Assembly (NCBI GenBank): GCA_016867235.1
Contig: VGJY01000001.1
Span: forward strand, 4,038 to 68,037
Source: Candidatus Tanganyikabacteria bacterium
GTDB lineage: Bacteria > Cyanobacteriota > Sericytochromatia > S15B-MN24 > VGJW01
Length of the DNA: 64,000 bases
Direction of reading: 5' to 3'
Part shown: piece by piece, positions 34,377-42,686 of the stretch
Layout of the letters: each line of letters begins with the position of its first letter
Numbering within the stretch: position 1 is the first letter of the stretch
Notes under the pieces: model-generated
Databases searched by the model: none
Seen by the model: the letters and a program-made list of their open reading frames with translations, nothing else
What the model was told of the DNA's origin: nothing
Program-made: the position numbers and the translations under genes

Positions 34377-37037
34377 TTGCAGCCGATGCCGCTGGACCGC
34401 CGCCTGCTCGTCGCAGGCACTGTCGCCCTCCTGGCGATCGGAGGAATCGCCGTCGCGGTGACGCGCCAGAGCGAAGGCGATGCCCCGAAGGGCAGACAGG
34501 CTGACCCACCGCGGGCCGCGGTTCCCGCGCAAAACGGCGCCGTGGCGGCCGCGCCGGCCGCCACAGGGGGCCTCCCGCCCAACGAGCTTGGGCTCGTGCC
34601 GATCCTCGAGTACCACGGCATCGGCCGCACCGAGGCGCGCTGGGTACGCACGGTCGATAATTTCCGCCTGGATCTCGCGTGGCTCGAGAAGCATGGCTAC
34701 GTGACCGCGACCGTGCTTGACATGCTGGCCGGCTTCCCCGACATGCCGGCCGGAAAGAAACCGGTGGTCCTGACCTTCGACGACGCCCGCGGCGACCAGT
34801 TCGTGGCCAGCGGCATCGATGCCGGCGGCCTGGCCGTCCCGGCTCCCGCCAGCGGCGTCGGGGTGATGATGGACTTTTCCCGGAAGCACCCCCATTTCGG
34901 CCACCGCGCCAGTTTCTATGTCCTGCCCACCTTCTTCGAGGACGACAAGACCGCCGGTGCCAAGCTCCGTTTCCTGGCGGCCAACGGCTTCGAAATCGGC
35001 AACCACACCTGGTCGCATCTGATGATGAAGAAGGCGCCGCCGGCCAAGATCCGCGACGAGCTCACCCGGCTGCAGGCGGCCGTGCGCGAGCACCTCGGGC
35101 CCGACGGCGCCGAGTTCCGCACGCGCACGATCGCCCTGCCCAACGGGTCGATCCCCGGGACCCCGGCCCAGCAGGCGGCGGCAGTGGGCGGGCCGACCGA
35201 ACCCATCCACGTCGAGGCCCTCTTGCTGGTCGGCGCCAATCCGGCGCACTCGCCGTACTCGAAGGACTTCAACCCGCTGCGCCTGGCCCGCATCCAGGCC
35301 GTGGACGATCAGTGGCGGCAATGGTTCGGCCGCAAGAACCCGAAGGACATGGCCGGCAAGGAGACCTTCGAGCCGTACGTCTCCGACGGCAACAAAGCTG
35401 CGGTGACGTTCCCGCCCAGGTTCGAGTCTCGCCTCGACAAGGGCCGCCTGCGGGGGGCGCAGCCCCGGATCTGGACCGCCGAGCCGGGCGACGTGGCCGC
35501 CTCGCCCGCCGCGGCTTCCGGGTCGCCTCTGGCCAGCGCCAGCGCCCAGGACGCCGCGGCACCAGACGCCAGCGACAGTGTGGCGGACGCCGCGGCGCCG
35601 GAGCCCAGCGCCAGTCAGCAGGATGCAGCGGCGCCGGAGGCGAGCACGACCGCGCAGGTCGCCGCCGCGTCCGGCTCCCACCTCCACCCCGGCTACGGCG
35701 AGCCGCTGCCCTCCGGCGGCCGGTACCAGGACGGGCGCATCTTCCACACGGTCCAGAAGGGCCAATCGTTCGACGGCCTGTTCTGGAAGTACCTGAAGTT
35801 CACGGACTCCTACACCGGCCCCGAGTTGCGCGACCGCATCATGAAGGTCAACGCATTCAAGCATCCGTGGGTGACTACCGGCCAGGTCTTCGAGGTGCCC
35901 GACGTGCGCAAGGCGCCGCCGCGGCCGGTCCCCAACGGCCTGCCGCCCACCTCCGACATCCGCGGTATCTATTGCACGTCCACGACGGCGAGCTTCGACC
36001 GCATCTTCAAGCTGGCCAAGGCGCTCAAGGCGGTAGGGGGCAATGCGGTGGTCTTCGATGTCAAGGACGGGCCGATCGCCTACCTCTCCAAGGATTCCAA
36101 GGTCCGGGAGATGAGCCAGTGGGACAACACTATCCGCGATCTGCCCAAGCTGGTCGAGAAGCTGCATGCCATGGGGATGCACGTCATCGCCCGCCAGGTG
36201 CTCTTCAACGACCCCGTCCTGGCCAAGAGGCGACCCGACCTGGCCATCCGCAGCAAGGCCACCGGGAAGCCGTGGCTCGAAAACGGCAAGCTGCGCTGGG
36301 TGGATCCGGGCCATCCCGAGGTCCAGGACTACAACCTGCGCCTCGCCAGGGAACTGGCCGAGTCGGGGGTCGACGAGATCCAGTTCGACTACGTGCGCTT
36401 CCCGGCCCAGGGCAACACGAAGGACTGCAAGTACTCCTTCGACGACACCAAGACCGCCAAGCACGAGATCATCACCGGCTTCCTGAAGCGGGCGCATGAC
36501 GACCTACGTGCTCACAAGGTCCTGCTGGCGATAGACGTCTATGGCGTGATGGCCTGGCAGAAGGACGTCGACCTGCGCGTGACGGGGCAGAAACTCGACG
36601 ACATGGCCAAGTACGTCGACGTCATCTGCCCGATGGTCTATCCGTCGCATTTCTATCCGCCGTTCGACGGCTACAGCCGGCCCGCCAACGAGCCCTACTA
36701 CTTCGTCTCCCAGGGCGTCGAACGGGTGCGGCGCATGGTCGGCCCCGACGGGCCGGCCATCCGGCCGTGGCTGCAGGCCTTCCCGTACATGGTGAGCAAT
36801 TACAACCCGGGCTACGTGAGTCGCCAGATCCAGGCGAGCCGGGACGGCAAGGGCATCGGCTGGCTGCTCTGGAACGCGAGCAACAAATACGACATCGCCT
36901 TTGCCGGCGTCGGCAACTGGAACAAGATCGCCAGATCGACTCCGGTGGTCCCGGTACGGGTCAAGGGCGACGAAGCGCGAGCCGCGAAGGCCGCGAAGGC
37001 GGCCAACGCGGCCCCGGCGCCATCCCGGACCCCCTAG
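34377..37037 (+). CDS. Fusion protein: N-terminal polysaccharide deacetylase (NodB/CE4) plus C-terminal putative glycoside-hydrolase TIM-barrel (DUF4015-like)
   Basis: NodB motifs VVLTFDDARGDQF and GFEIGNHTWSH. C-terminal NAVVFDVKDGPIAYLSK...WVDPGHPEVQDYNLRLARELAESGVDEIQFDYVRFP matches DUF4015. N-terminal TM/signal segment; Ala/Pro/Asp-rich linker. Confidence 0.75.
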   Translation: MQPMPLDRRLLVAGTVALLAIGGIAVAVTRQSEGDAPKGRQADPPRAAVPAQNGAVAAAPAATGGLPPNELGLVPILEYHGIGRTEARWVRTVDNFRLDLAWLEKHGYVTATVLDMLAGFPDMPAGKKPVVLTFDDARGDQFVASGIDAGGLAVPAPASGVGVMMDFSRKHPHFGHRASFYVLPTFFEDDKTAGAKLRFLAANGFEIGNHTWSHLMMKKAPPAKIRDELTRLQAAVREHLGPDGAEFRTRTIALPNGSIPGTPAQQAAAVGGPTEPIHVEALLLVGANPAHSPYSKDFNPLRLARIQAVDDQWRQWFGRKNPKDMAGKETFEPYVSDGNKAAVTFPPRFESRLDKGRLRGAQPRIWTAEPGDVAASPAAASGSPLASASAQDAAAPDASDSVADAAAPEPSASQQDAAAPEASTTAQVAAASGSHLHPGYGEPLPSGGRYQDGRIFHTVQKGQSFDGLFWKYLKFTDSYTGPELRDRIMKVNAFKHPWVTTGQVFEVPDVRKAPPRPVPNGLPPTSDIRGIYCTSTTASFDRIFKLAKALKAVGGNAVVFDVKDGPIAYLSKDSKVREMSQWDNTIRDLPKLVEKLHAMGMHVIARQVLFNDPVLAKRRPDLAIRSKATGKPWLENGKLRWVDPGHPEVQDYNLRLARELAESGVDEIQFDYVRFPAQGNTKDCKYSFDDTKTAKHEIITGFLKRAHDDLRAHKVLLAIDVYGVMAWQKDVDLRVTGQKLDDMAKYVDVICPMVYPSHFYPPFDGYSRPANEPYYFVSQGVERVRRMVGPDGPAIRPWLQAFPYMVSNYNPGYVSRQIQASRDGKGIGWLLWNASNKYDIAFAGVGNWNKIARSTPVVPVRVKGDEARAAKAAKAANAAPAPSRTP

Positions 37038-37225
37038 GGGCCCGCTTCTCACACGGGCAAGCCCGCCGCAAACCCGGCGCAACGATTCGCGCGGACAAGA
37101 CCCTTGGAGCGGAAGAGGATCGAGCGGGAGCCCGGCATGCCGATGGAACTGCGGCCGGCGGGCTACCCGATGCCCGGGCGCATGGATGTGCCCGCTCCGG
37201 CACGGATGGCCATTTCCAGGTTGCG

Positions 37226-38362
37226 GTGGTGTCGACGAGCGGATTTGCGACGCATGACGCGCGCTGCGGGTTGTGCCAGTTCACCTTCGAGGCGCTTGCC
37301 CCCCGAGCGCGAGGTAGCGTGCTGCGGTGGCGCGACTCGGATCGGTGCCCGTGGTACGAGGGACCGAACCCGGTGTTCTACGCGGTCTGGGTCTGCCCAA
37401 GCTGCCACTTCGCGGCCTTCAGGGAGGAGTTCGCGAGCTCTCCCGGAAAGGCGCGGGACGCTGTCCAGGAGGCCCTTGCCGCGAGCGCCCCGTCCGCGGC
37501 GGCCGTCGCATTCGACGGCACCGAGCGCAGCCTGTTCGCGGCACTCACCAGTTACCAGCTGGCCCTGACCTGCTACGAGGCGCGCAAGGCGGCGCCGGAG
37601 GTGCTGGCGGGCTTGGCGCTTCGCGCCGCCTGGATCTGCCGCTACGCCGGCGAATTGCGGCGCGAGATAGGGTTCCTGGCCAAGGCGCGCGACCAGTATC
37701 TCGAGGCGTTCGAGCGCGGCGTGCGCCGTGACGCGCTCCTGGACGATCTGGCGATCGCGTTCCTGGTCGGCGAGCTGCAACTGCGTACGGGGCAAATCGG
37801 CGAGGCGTGGCAGTACTTTCGCGTGGTCCAGGAGGCGAAGGATACCGCGCCCGTCCTGGCGGCCCTGGCCCGCGAACGGCAGGGTGACGCCATGCGCGCG
37901 CAGCGGGTGCGGGAGTTCCTCGAAAAGGTGCCGATGTTCGTGCCGCTGGGCGAGCGGGGGCTCTCGCTCGTCTCGGTCCACGGGAGTGAGCAGACGTACC
38001 GGCCGGGCGCGGCCATCGTGAGCAAGGGTGGCGCCGGCGAGGCGATGTTCGCCATACTCTCGGGCGAAGTGCGACTGTACAATGCCGAGGAGCCCCAGGG
38101 CGAGCCGATCGTCACGCTGCGGCCCGGCGAGACCTTCGGCGAGATGGCGCTGTTCACCGGCGACGCGCACCCCGAGACCGCCGTGGCCTGGGCTCCGGCC
38201 CGGGGCGGCGACAAGGTTGTGGTGCTGGAGATCAACCGCACCGTGTTCCGCAACCTCGTAAAGGCCGTACCGGACGTGGCGTTGCGGGTGGCCGTCGCCA
38301 TGTCGCAGCGCTACGCGCGGGCCGCGCATGCCGAGGTGTTGCCGGAGCCTTCTCCGGTGTGA
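37226..38362 (+). CDS. DUF2225-like zinc-ribbon/TPR-like domain fused to a cyclic-nucleotide-binding (cNMP) domain
   Basis: CGLCQ...CPWYEGPNPVFYAVWVCPSCHFAAF then a cNMP fold (GGAGEAMFAILSGEVRLY...GETFGEMALFTG). Paralog of 60470-61738. GTG start inferred by alignment with the paralog. Confidence 0.65.
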   Translation: MVSTSGFATHDARCGLCQFTFEALAPRARGSVLRWRDSDRCPWYEGPNPVFYAVWVCPSCHFAAFREEFASSPGKARDAVQEALAASAPSAAAVAFDGTERSLFAALTSYQLALTCYEARKAAPEVLAGLALRAAWICRYAGELRREIGFLAKARDQYLEAFERGVRRDALLDDLAIAFLVGELQLRTGQIGEAWQYFRVVQEAKDTAPVLAALARERQGDAMRAQRVREFLEKVPMFVPLGERGLSLVSVHGSEQTYRPGAAIVSKGGAGEAMFAILSGEVRLYNAEEPQGEPIVTLRPGETFGEMALFTGDAHPETAVAWAPARGGDKVVVLEINRTVFRNLVKAVPDVALRVAVAMSQRYARAAHAEVLPEPSPV

Positions 38363-38381
38363 ACCGGGCTGCGTTTCTGCC

Positions 38382-38476
38382 TGGGCACGGCTTGCCGTCC
38401 TTCACGCAGGCAGGCAGCCGCCCGCCATCGTGACGCTTTTCGTAGGTTCCCCGCGGGCGGGGATAGCGTGTTAGGA
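38382..38476. repeat. ~95-bp direct repeat, copy A (flanks the COG1373 ATPase gene; overlaps its last 6 nt)
   Basis: About 85% identical to 40011-40105 in the same orientation; contains the CCCCGCGGGCGGGG hairpin. Confidence 0.6.
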
Positions 38477-39802
38477 GCCGGACCCTGCACCTCTGGCCGC
38501 GCCGTCGAGCAGGAAGCGCCAGGCAGGAGTCACCTCGATTCGCCGGCCTTCGCTCTCGAGAACCTCCTGCTCGCTCCACGTCACCACGGTTGCCGCCTTG
38601 GCCTCCACCTCGCGCATCGCCTCCCCGAGGGCCGCCAACTCGCGCTTGCGAGTCGCCCGGTCCGCCAACGACTGGCTGACTTGGACGAGTGCGGGGACGC
38701 GACCGCGATCCGGTATCGCGAAGTCCACTTCGCGGCCCGTCCGGGTCCGGTAGTAGCGGATCTCGGAGTGCCGGCGCCGCAGCGCCATGAATACCAGGTT
38801 TTCGAGGAGGTGGCCCGAGTTGACGAGGAGCCCTGACGTCACCGACGTGACCAGGGAGTGGTCAACGCAGTAGATCTTCTTCGGGTTGGCGAGGCTCCTG
38901 GTCAGCGAGGCGTCGTGGAGACGCACGGTGAACAGGAAGTATGCATCCTCGAACCACTCCAGGTACTCGGAGACCGCGGCCTTGGGTGCCCTGTGCCCGA
39001 GAGCCTTGAGATGCCCGGTGAGACCGTTGATGGAGTAAAGCGACCCCGCGTTGTCGATCAGCCAGTAGGCCAGATCCGTCAGAGCCTTGGGGTGAGAGAT
39101 GTCGTGGCGTTCGATCAGGTCCCTGAACAGGATCGCGTTCAGGTAGTCCTGGTGGGTGGCGATCCGCAGATCGCGCCGCAGTCCGGCTACCTCGGGAAAT
39201 CCCCCCTCGGCCCAGTAGCGCTCGAAGGCGTCCTGCACCAGCAGCCTGCCGCGTGTGGAGAGGGCTTCTCCGGCCGGCACGCCCGCGAATCTCAGGTATT
39301 CCCGGAAAGAAAACGGGAACAGCTCCCAGGACAGGGCACGGCCACGCATCTGCGTGGCGACTTCCTTCGACAGGAGCTTCGCCGACGAGCCGGTCAGGTA
39401 GATCTGGCACTTCTCGGTGCGCAAGAGCCGGTCGATGAAGGGCTCCCAGCCCGGCACCATCTGGATCTCGTCGAAGAAGCAGTGGACGGTCTCGGTATCC
39501 TTCTTCGCCGGATAGAGGCCGAAGTAGGCCTCGACGATCGCGCCGAGGTCGTCGTGCCGCATACCGTGAAGGCGGTCGTCGAAGAAGTTGAGGTACAGGA
39601 TGTTCTCGCGAGGCACATCGCGGGCGAGCAAGCCATGCATGACCTGGGACAGGTAGGTCGACTTGCCGCACCGGCGAACGCCCACCAGGACGGTGGCCTT
39701 GCCCGGGACAGGTGCCACCTGCAACTCCCTCGGAACGCCCGGCTCCAGACGACCATCCTGAGAATCCAGGATGAGCGCCTTGAGCATCTCGACGAGGGAC
39801 AT
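38471..39802 (-). CDS. AAA+ ATPase of the COG1373 family (AAA_14 + DUF4143)
   Basis: Walker A VGVRRCGKST; conserved COG1373 architecture; 443 aa. Confidence 0.8.
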   Translation of the reverse strand: MSLVEMLKALILDSQDGRLEPGVPRELQVAPVPGKATVLVGVRRCGKSTYLSQVMHGLLARDVPRENILYLNFFDDRLHGMRHDDLGAIVEAYFGLYPAKKDTETVHCFFDEIQMVPGWEPFIDRLLRTEKCQIYLTGSSAKLLSKEVATQMRGRALSWELFPFSFREYLRFAGVPAGEALSTRGRLLVQDAFERYWAEGGFPEVAGLRRDLRIATHQDYLNAILFRDLIERHDISHPKALTDLAYWLIDNAGSLYSINGLTGHLKALGHRAPKAAVSEYLEWFEDAYFLFTVRLHDASLTRSLANPKKIYCVDHSLVTSVTSGLLVNSGHLLENLVFMALRRRHSEIRYYRTRTGREVDFAIPDRGRVPALVQVSQSLADRATRKRELAALGEAMREVEAKAATVVTWSEQEVLESEGRRIEVTPAWRFLLDGAARGAGSGS

Positions 39803-39817
39803 CGTCTTGTCTCCTGA

Positions 39818-39833
39818 GATCGGTAAAGAACTT
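39818..39833. promoter_or_regulatory. Perfect 16-bp palindrome GGTAAAGAACTTTACC between the putative promoter and the RBS of the COG1373 ATPase gene (candidate operator)
   Basis: Direct reading; located 16-31 nt upstream of the ATG (39802), minus strand. Confidence 0.35.
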
Positions 39834-39955
39834 TACCACTTTTTGCAGAAACCGGCAACAAGAGTTTCCGATCGGGCAGGCGAGGCGGTCCAACGGGCTC
39901 TGCTTCATGCCGGCGCCGAGCAGCATGGCCTCGGTGCCGGCGTCGCGCCGATCGG

Positions 39956-39998
39956 TGTCGAGACGGTCGGCGTCGAGACGGTCGGCGTCGCGGCCGGC
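39956..39998. repeat. Short tandem repeat (~2.7 x 15 bp, gtcgagacggtcggc)
   Basis: Direct reading. Confidence 0.4.
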
Positions 39999-40010
39999 CT
40001 GGCGCTCAGG

Positions 40011-40105
40011 TGGGCACGGTCGGCCGTCCTTCACGCAGGCAGGCGACCGCCTGGCATCGTGACGTTTTTCGTAGATTCCCCGCCGGCGGGGCTGGCGTGT
40101 AAAGA
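40011..40105. repeat. ~95-bp direct repeat, copy B
   Basis: Matches 38382-38476. Confidence 0.6.
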
Positions 40106-40221
40106 TTGATGTGAATTCACCGCCGGTGTTGAGAATCTCTCTCAACAAGCCCCTCGAATGTGTCGTAGTGTCACTTTCGAGGTTAACTTAACCTTTCGGG
40201 TCGTGATGGGCCTGGACCGAC

Positions 40222-40473
40222 CTATCGGGCGCCATCTCGGGGGGCGACCCAGAATGGCGGTGTCCTTCCTGTGCGAGAGACAAGCACGCGTCCGACCCCG
40301 CCGCGTAACGCGGTCTTGATGCGCTTCGCCATCGGCTCGCGCTGCGGGGTCCTCCAGCGGTCGGTGAAAACGCACGGCAGAACCTGCTCGAAGCCCAGGT
40401 CCCGTCGCGCCTGCTCGACCTTGTGGTAGGTCGAGCAGGCGCGACGTCCACGACGACGAGCCATGTCCCGAAG
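40222..40473 (-). pseudogene. Possible gene remnant encoding a basic 83-aa peptide (MARRRGRRACSTYHKVEQARRDLGFEQ...)
   Basis: ORF with atypically low GC3 and rare CGT codons for this genome, inside a degenerate segment between repeats; no confident homology. Confidence 0.2.
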
Positions 40474-40609
40474 CTCACCATCGGATGCGTAGCGCCTGGA
40501 GCGGGGGACCACCTTGGAGCCAGTCTCGCAGGCGGACGGCGTGGTGATCCAGGTGGGCCGCAAGGGGGCGTTCCTCGCCTCCCCACGGCGTGGGCCTCTG
40601 CAGCGCCTC

Positions 40610-40786
40610 GGTCCGCCCGGGGAAGGGGTCGCCAAGCACTTGCTTGATGGCGCCTCATAGCGGCGCTCAAATGACCTGGCGCCTATCGGACGCAGGCACG
40701 GAGGCCTGCGCCACCGATGCAACGGGTGGGGCCGGCCTCCGTGCCGGCCGCGATGCCGGAGCGAAGTCATCAGAGCCGCGCTATCA
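40610..40786. repeat. Interspersed ~170-bp hairpin-containing element, copy 2 (inverted relative to copy 1)
   Basis: Reverse complement aligns to 10677-10850; begins at the TGA stop of the 66-aa ORF (40784-40786). Confidence 0.5.
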
Positions 40787-40984
40787 GTAGAGCGATCCCG
40801 CCCGGCCTGCGGCCGCGAAGATCTTCCGCCGGGCGGCGGCGATGTCCTTGGCGTCGATGTAGTCCAGGGAGTCGGCGCCTTTCCTGATCTCCTCGGCGAC
40901 GTCACGGAGTGTGGACCCGACGGGCGTCTTGAGCCGTCCCTGGTACTTCGCCAGGTACCTGAGCATCCGGTCCTGGTTGCGCAT
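40784..40984 (-). CDS. Hypothetical small protein (66 aa)
   Basis: ORF with protein-like composition immediately downstream of the second COG1373 ATPase; no family assignment. Confidence 0.4.
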   Translation of the reverse strand: MRNQDRMLRYLAKYQGRLKTPVGSTLRDVAEEIRKGADSLDYIDAKDIAAARRKIFAAAGRAGSLY

Positions 40985-41131
40985 CTTGGCACCGATGAGA
41001 TCCCGGGAAACCGGGATGGAAAGAGGACCCTGTCTACCGACCCCAGCGAGGTCGCAATGACGGGCACCCCTTCACTCATTGACCCTTGCTTGGTTATCTT
41101 TTCCCCGGCCAAGGCGCGACAAAGCAGATCC

Positions 41132-42400
41132 TCATGGCCCCAGGGCCCCGACCGGAATGACGAGCACTCCGTCGTCGCGCCGGTACGTGTATCCCGTGGC
41201 GGTGAGGACTCCGAGACAGGCGGGCTTGCGAACGGTTCGCCCGGCCAACCTGAGCAGGGCCGTCGCGGCGGCGTCGATGTCGGCTGCGCCGAGCTTCACC
41301 TCGAAGGCGGCCCAGGCGCCGTCTTCCCTTTCGATCACCGCGTCGCATTCGAGATCTCCCTTTTCCTCGCGATAGTGCAGCACGGAGGCACGGGCGGCCT
41401 GGGCGAAGACCCTGAGATCCCGCACCACCAGCGACTCGAACAGGAAGCCAAAAGTACGCAGATCCCCGAGGAGGCCGGCCGCGTCGCGATGCAAGAGGGC
41501 GGCCGCAAGGGCGGGATCGGCCAGGTGCCGCTTGGGCGCGGCGGTCAGACGCGAGCGCGATCTCAGTTCCGGCTGCCAGGCTGGCTGGTCTTCCACGACC
41601 ATGAGCCGTGCAAGTGCATCGAGATACTCCGTTCCTGTCCATCTCGAAGGGCCGCCGCCAGCGCCGCCGCCAGCATCCTCGCCCGCCGCCCGCTGGACGA
41701 TCGTGGCGAGCCTGGCGGGGTGAGCGACGACCTGCGCGAAGGCGTGCAAGAAGCGCCGGACGCGCACCGGATCGCGACGAACGCCGTCGACGGTGTGGAT
41801 GTCGATGTCGACGATCGTATCGACGTAACCGCGATTGAACCGTACGGCTGCTTGCTCGTCTGCCATGAGGAGAGCGGGCCAGCCCCCTGTTGCGACTTCG
41901 CTGGCATAGTCCCTCACGGTCAATTCTGATCGCGCCGGCTCCGGTCCCTCTCCGTCGAGCAGCCGGGAAATGGAGGCTGCGCCCGAAGACTTCCCGCGTT
42001 CGAACAGCGTCATGGGGCGCATCTGCACTATCGAGAACCTTCCAGCTCCGCCATGGCGCCGGATGTCGGCCGGACGCCGTGCCGAACCCGTCAACAGGAA
42101 CTGTCCCGCCAGGCCTCGATCGTCCACGGCGCGCCGGACCGCGTTCCAGATCTCCGGAACGATTTGCCACTCATCCAGCAAGCGCGGCGTCGGGCCGTCA
42201 AGGACCAACCGGGGATCCACTCTCGCAGCCAGCGCCGCCTGGGGGTCCAGGTCGAGCAAGACCTCGCTTCCGGCATGTTGGCGAGCGGACTCGGTCTTGC
42301 CGCAGGCCTTCGGCCCCTCGATCGCGACCGCTCCAAGGGCACTCATGGCGTCGCTGACCTCGCGGTCCACGACGCGGGGTCGGTAGGTTCTTCTGGTCAT
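41132..42400 (-). CDS. AAA+ ATPase of the COG1373 family (second copy)
   Basis: Walker A IEGPKACGKTE; DUF4143-type C-terminus; 422 aa. Confidence 0.8.
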   Translation of the reverse strand: MTRRTYRPRVVDREVSDAMSALGAVAIEGPKACGKTESARQHAGSEVLLDLDPQAALAARVDPRLVLDGPTPRLLDEWQIVPEIWNAVRRAVDDRGLAGQFLLTGSARRPADIRRHGGAGRFSIVQMRPMTLFERGKSSGAASISRLLDGEGPEPARSELTVRDYASEVATGGWPALLMADEQAAVRFNRGYVDTIVDIDIHTVDGVRRDPVRVRRFLHAFAQVVAHPARLATIVQRAAGEDAGGGAGGGPSRWTGTEYLDALARLMVVEDQPAWQPELRSRSRLTAAPKRHLADPALAAALLHRDAAGLLGDLRTFGFLFESLVVRDLRVFAQAARASVLHYREEKGDLECDAVIEREDGAWAAFEVKLGAADIDAAATALLRLAGRTVRKPACLGVLTATGYTYRRDDGVLVIPVGALGP

Positions 42401-42426
42401 TACCGACAGTTCTCGAGACGAGAGTC

Positions 42427-42518
42427 CACAGTATCCGAAGATCCAAGTCTACAGTTACCGACCGATTCAGTCTACGGTTTCCGAGCGAACCGGTCAACAA
42501 CTTCCGAGGATGCCAATC
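42427..42518. repeat. Four tandem 23-bp direct repeats (consensus tACAGTTtCCGAnnnannnaGTC) in the divergent region between the COG1373 ATPase and the alpha-2-macroglobulin gene
   Basis: Motif starts at 42428, 42451, 42474 and 42497 with exact 23-bp spacing. Confidence 0.5.
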
Positions 42519-42686
42519 GGGCTCGCCTAGCCACCGCCGTCTGTCGAGGTCGGAGCGGGGCCTGGCATCCAGGGGATTCGACGCTGCATCCGACAGTCTG
42601 AAACTTTGCTCGCAAGCAATCCGGTCTAAGATGCATTAGCCAGCCAGGTCGGGTTGGTTGGCCTTGAGAGACAGGCGGGACTCGAA

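Noticed and set aside
39771-40109. 112-aa ORF containing GVETVGVETVGV
   Set aside because: Translation of a short tandem DNA repeat and of direct repeat B; no coding bias.
40222-40473. Transposase or recombinase fragment (MARRRGRRACSTYHKVEQARRDLGFEQ...)
   Set aside because: I cannot match it confidently to any IS family from memory. Reported only as a possible pseudogene remnant.
42427-42518. Possible CRISPR array (tandem 23-bp repeats)
   Set aside because: The repeats are contiguous with no unique spacers, there are only four units, and no cas genes are nearby. A binding-site array is more plausible.
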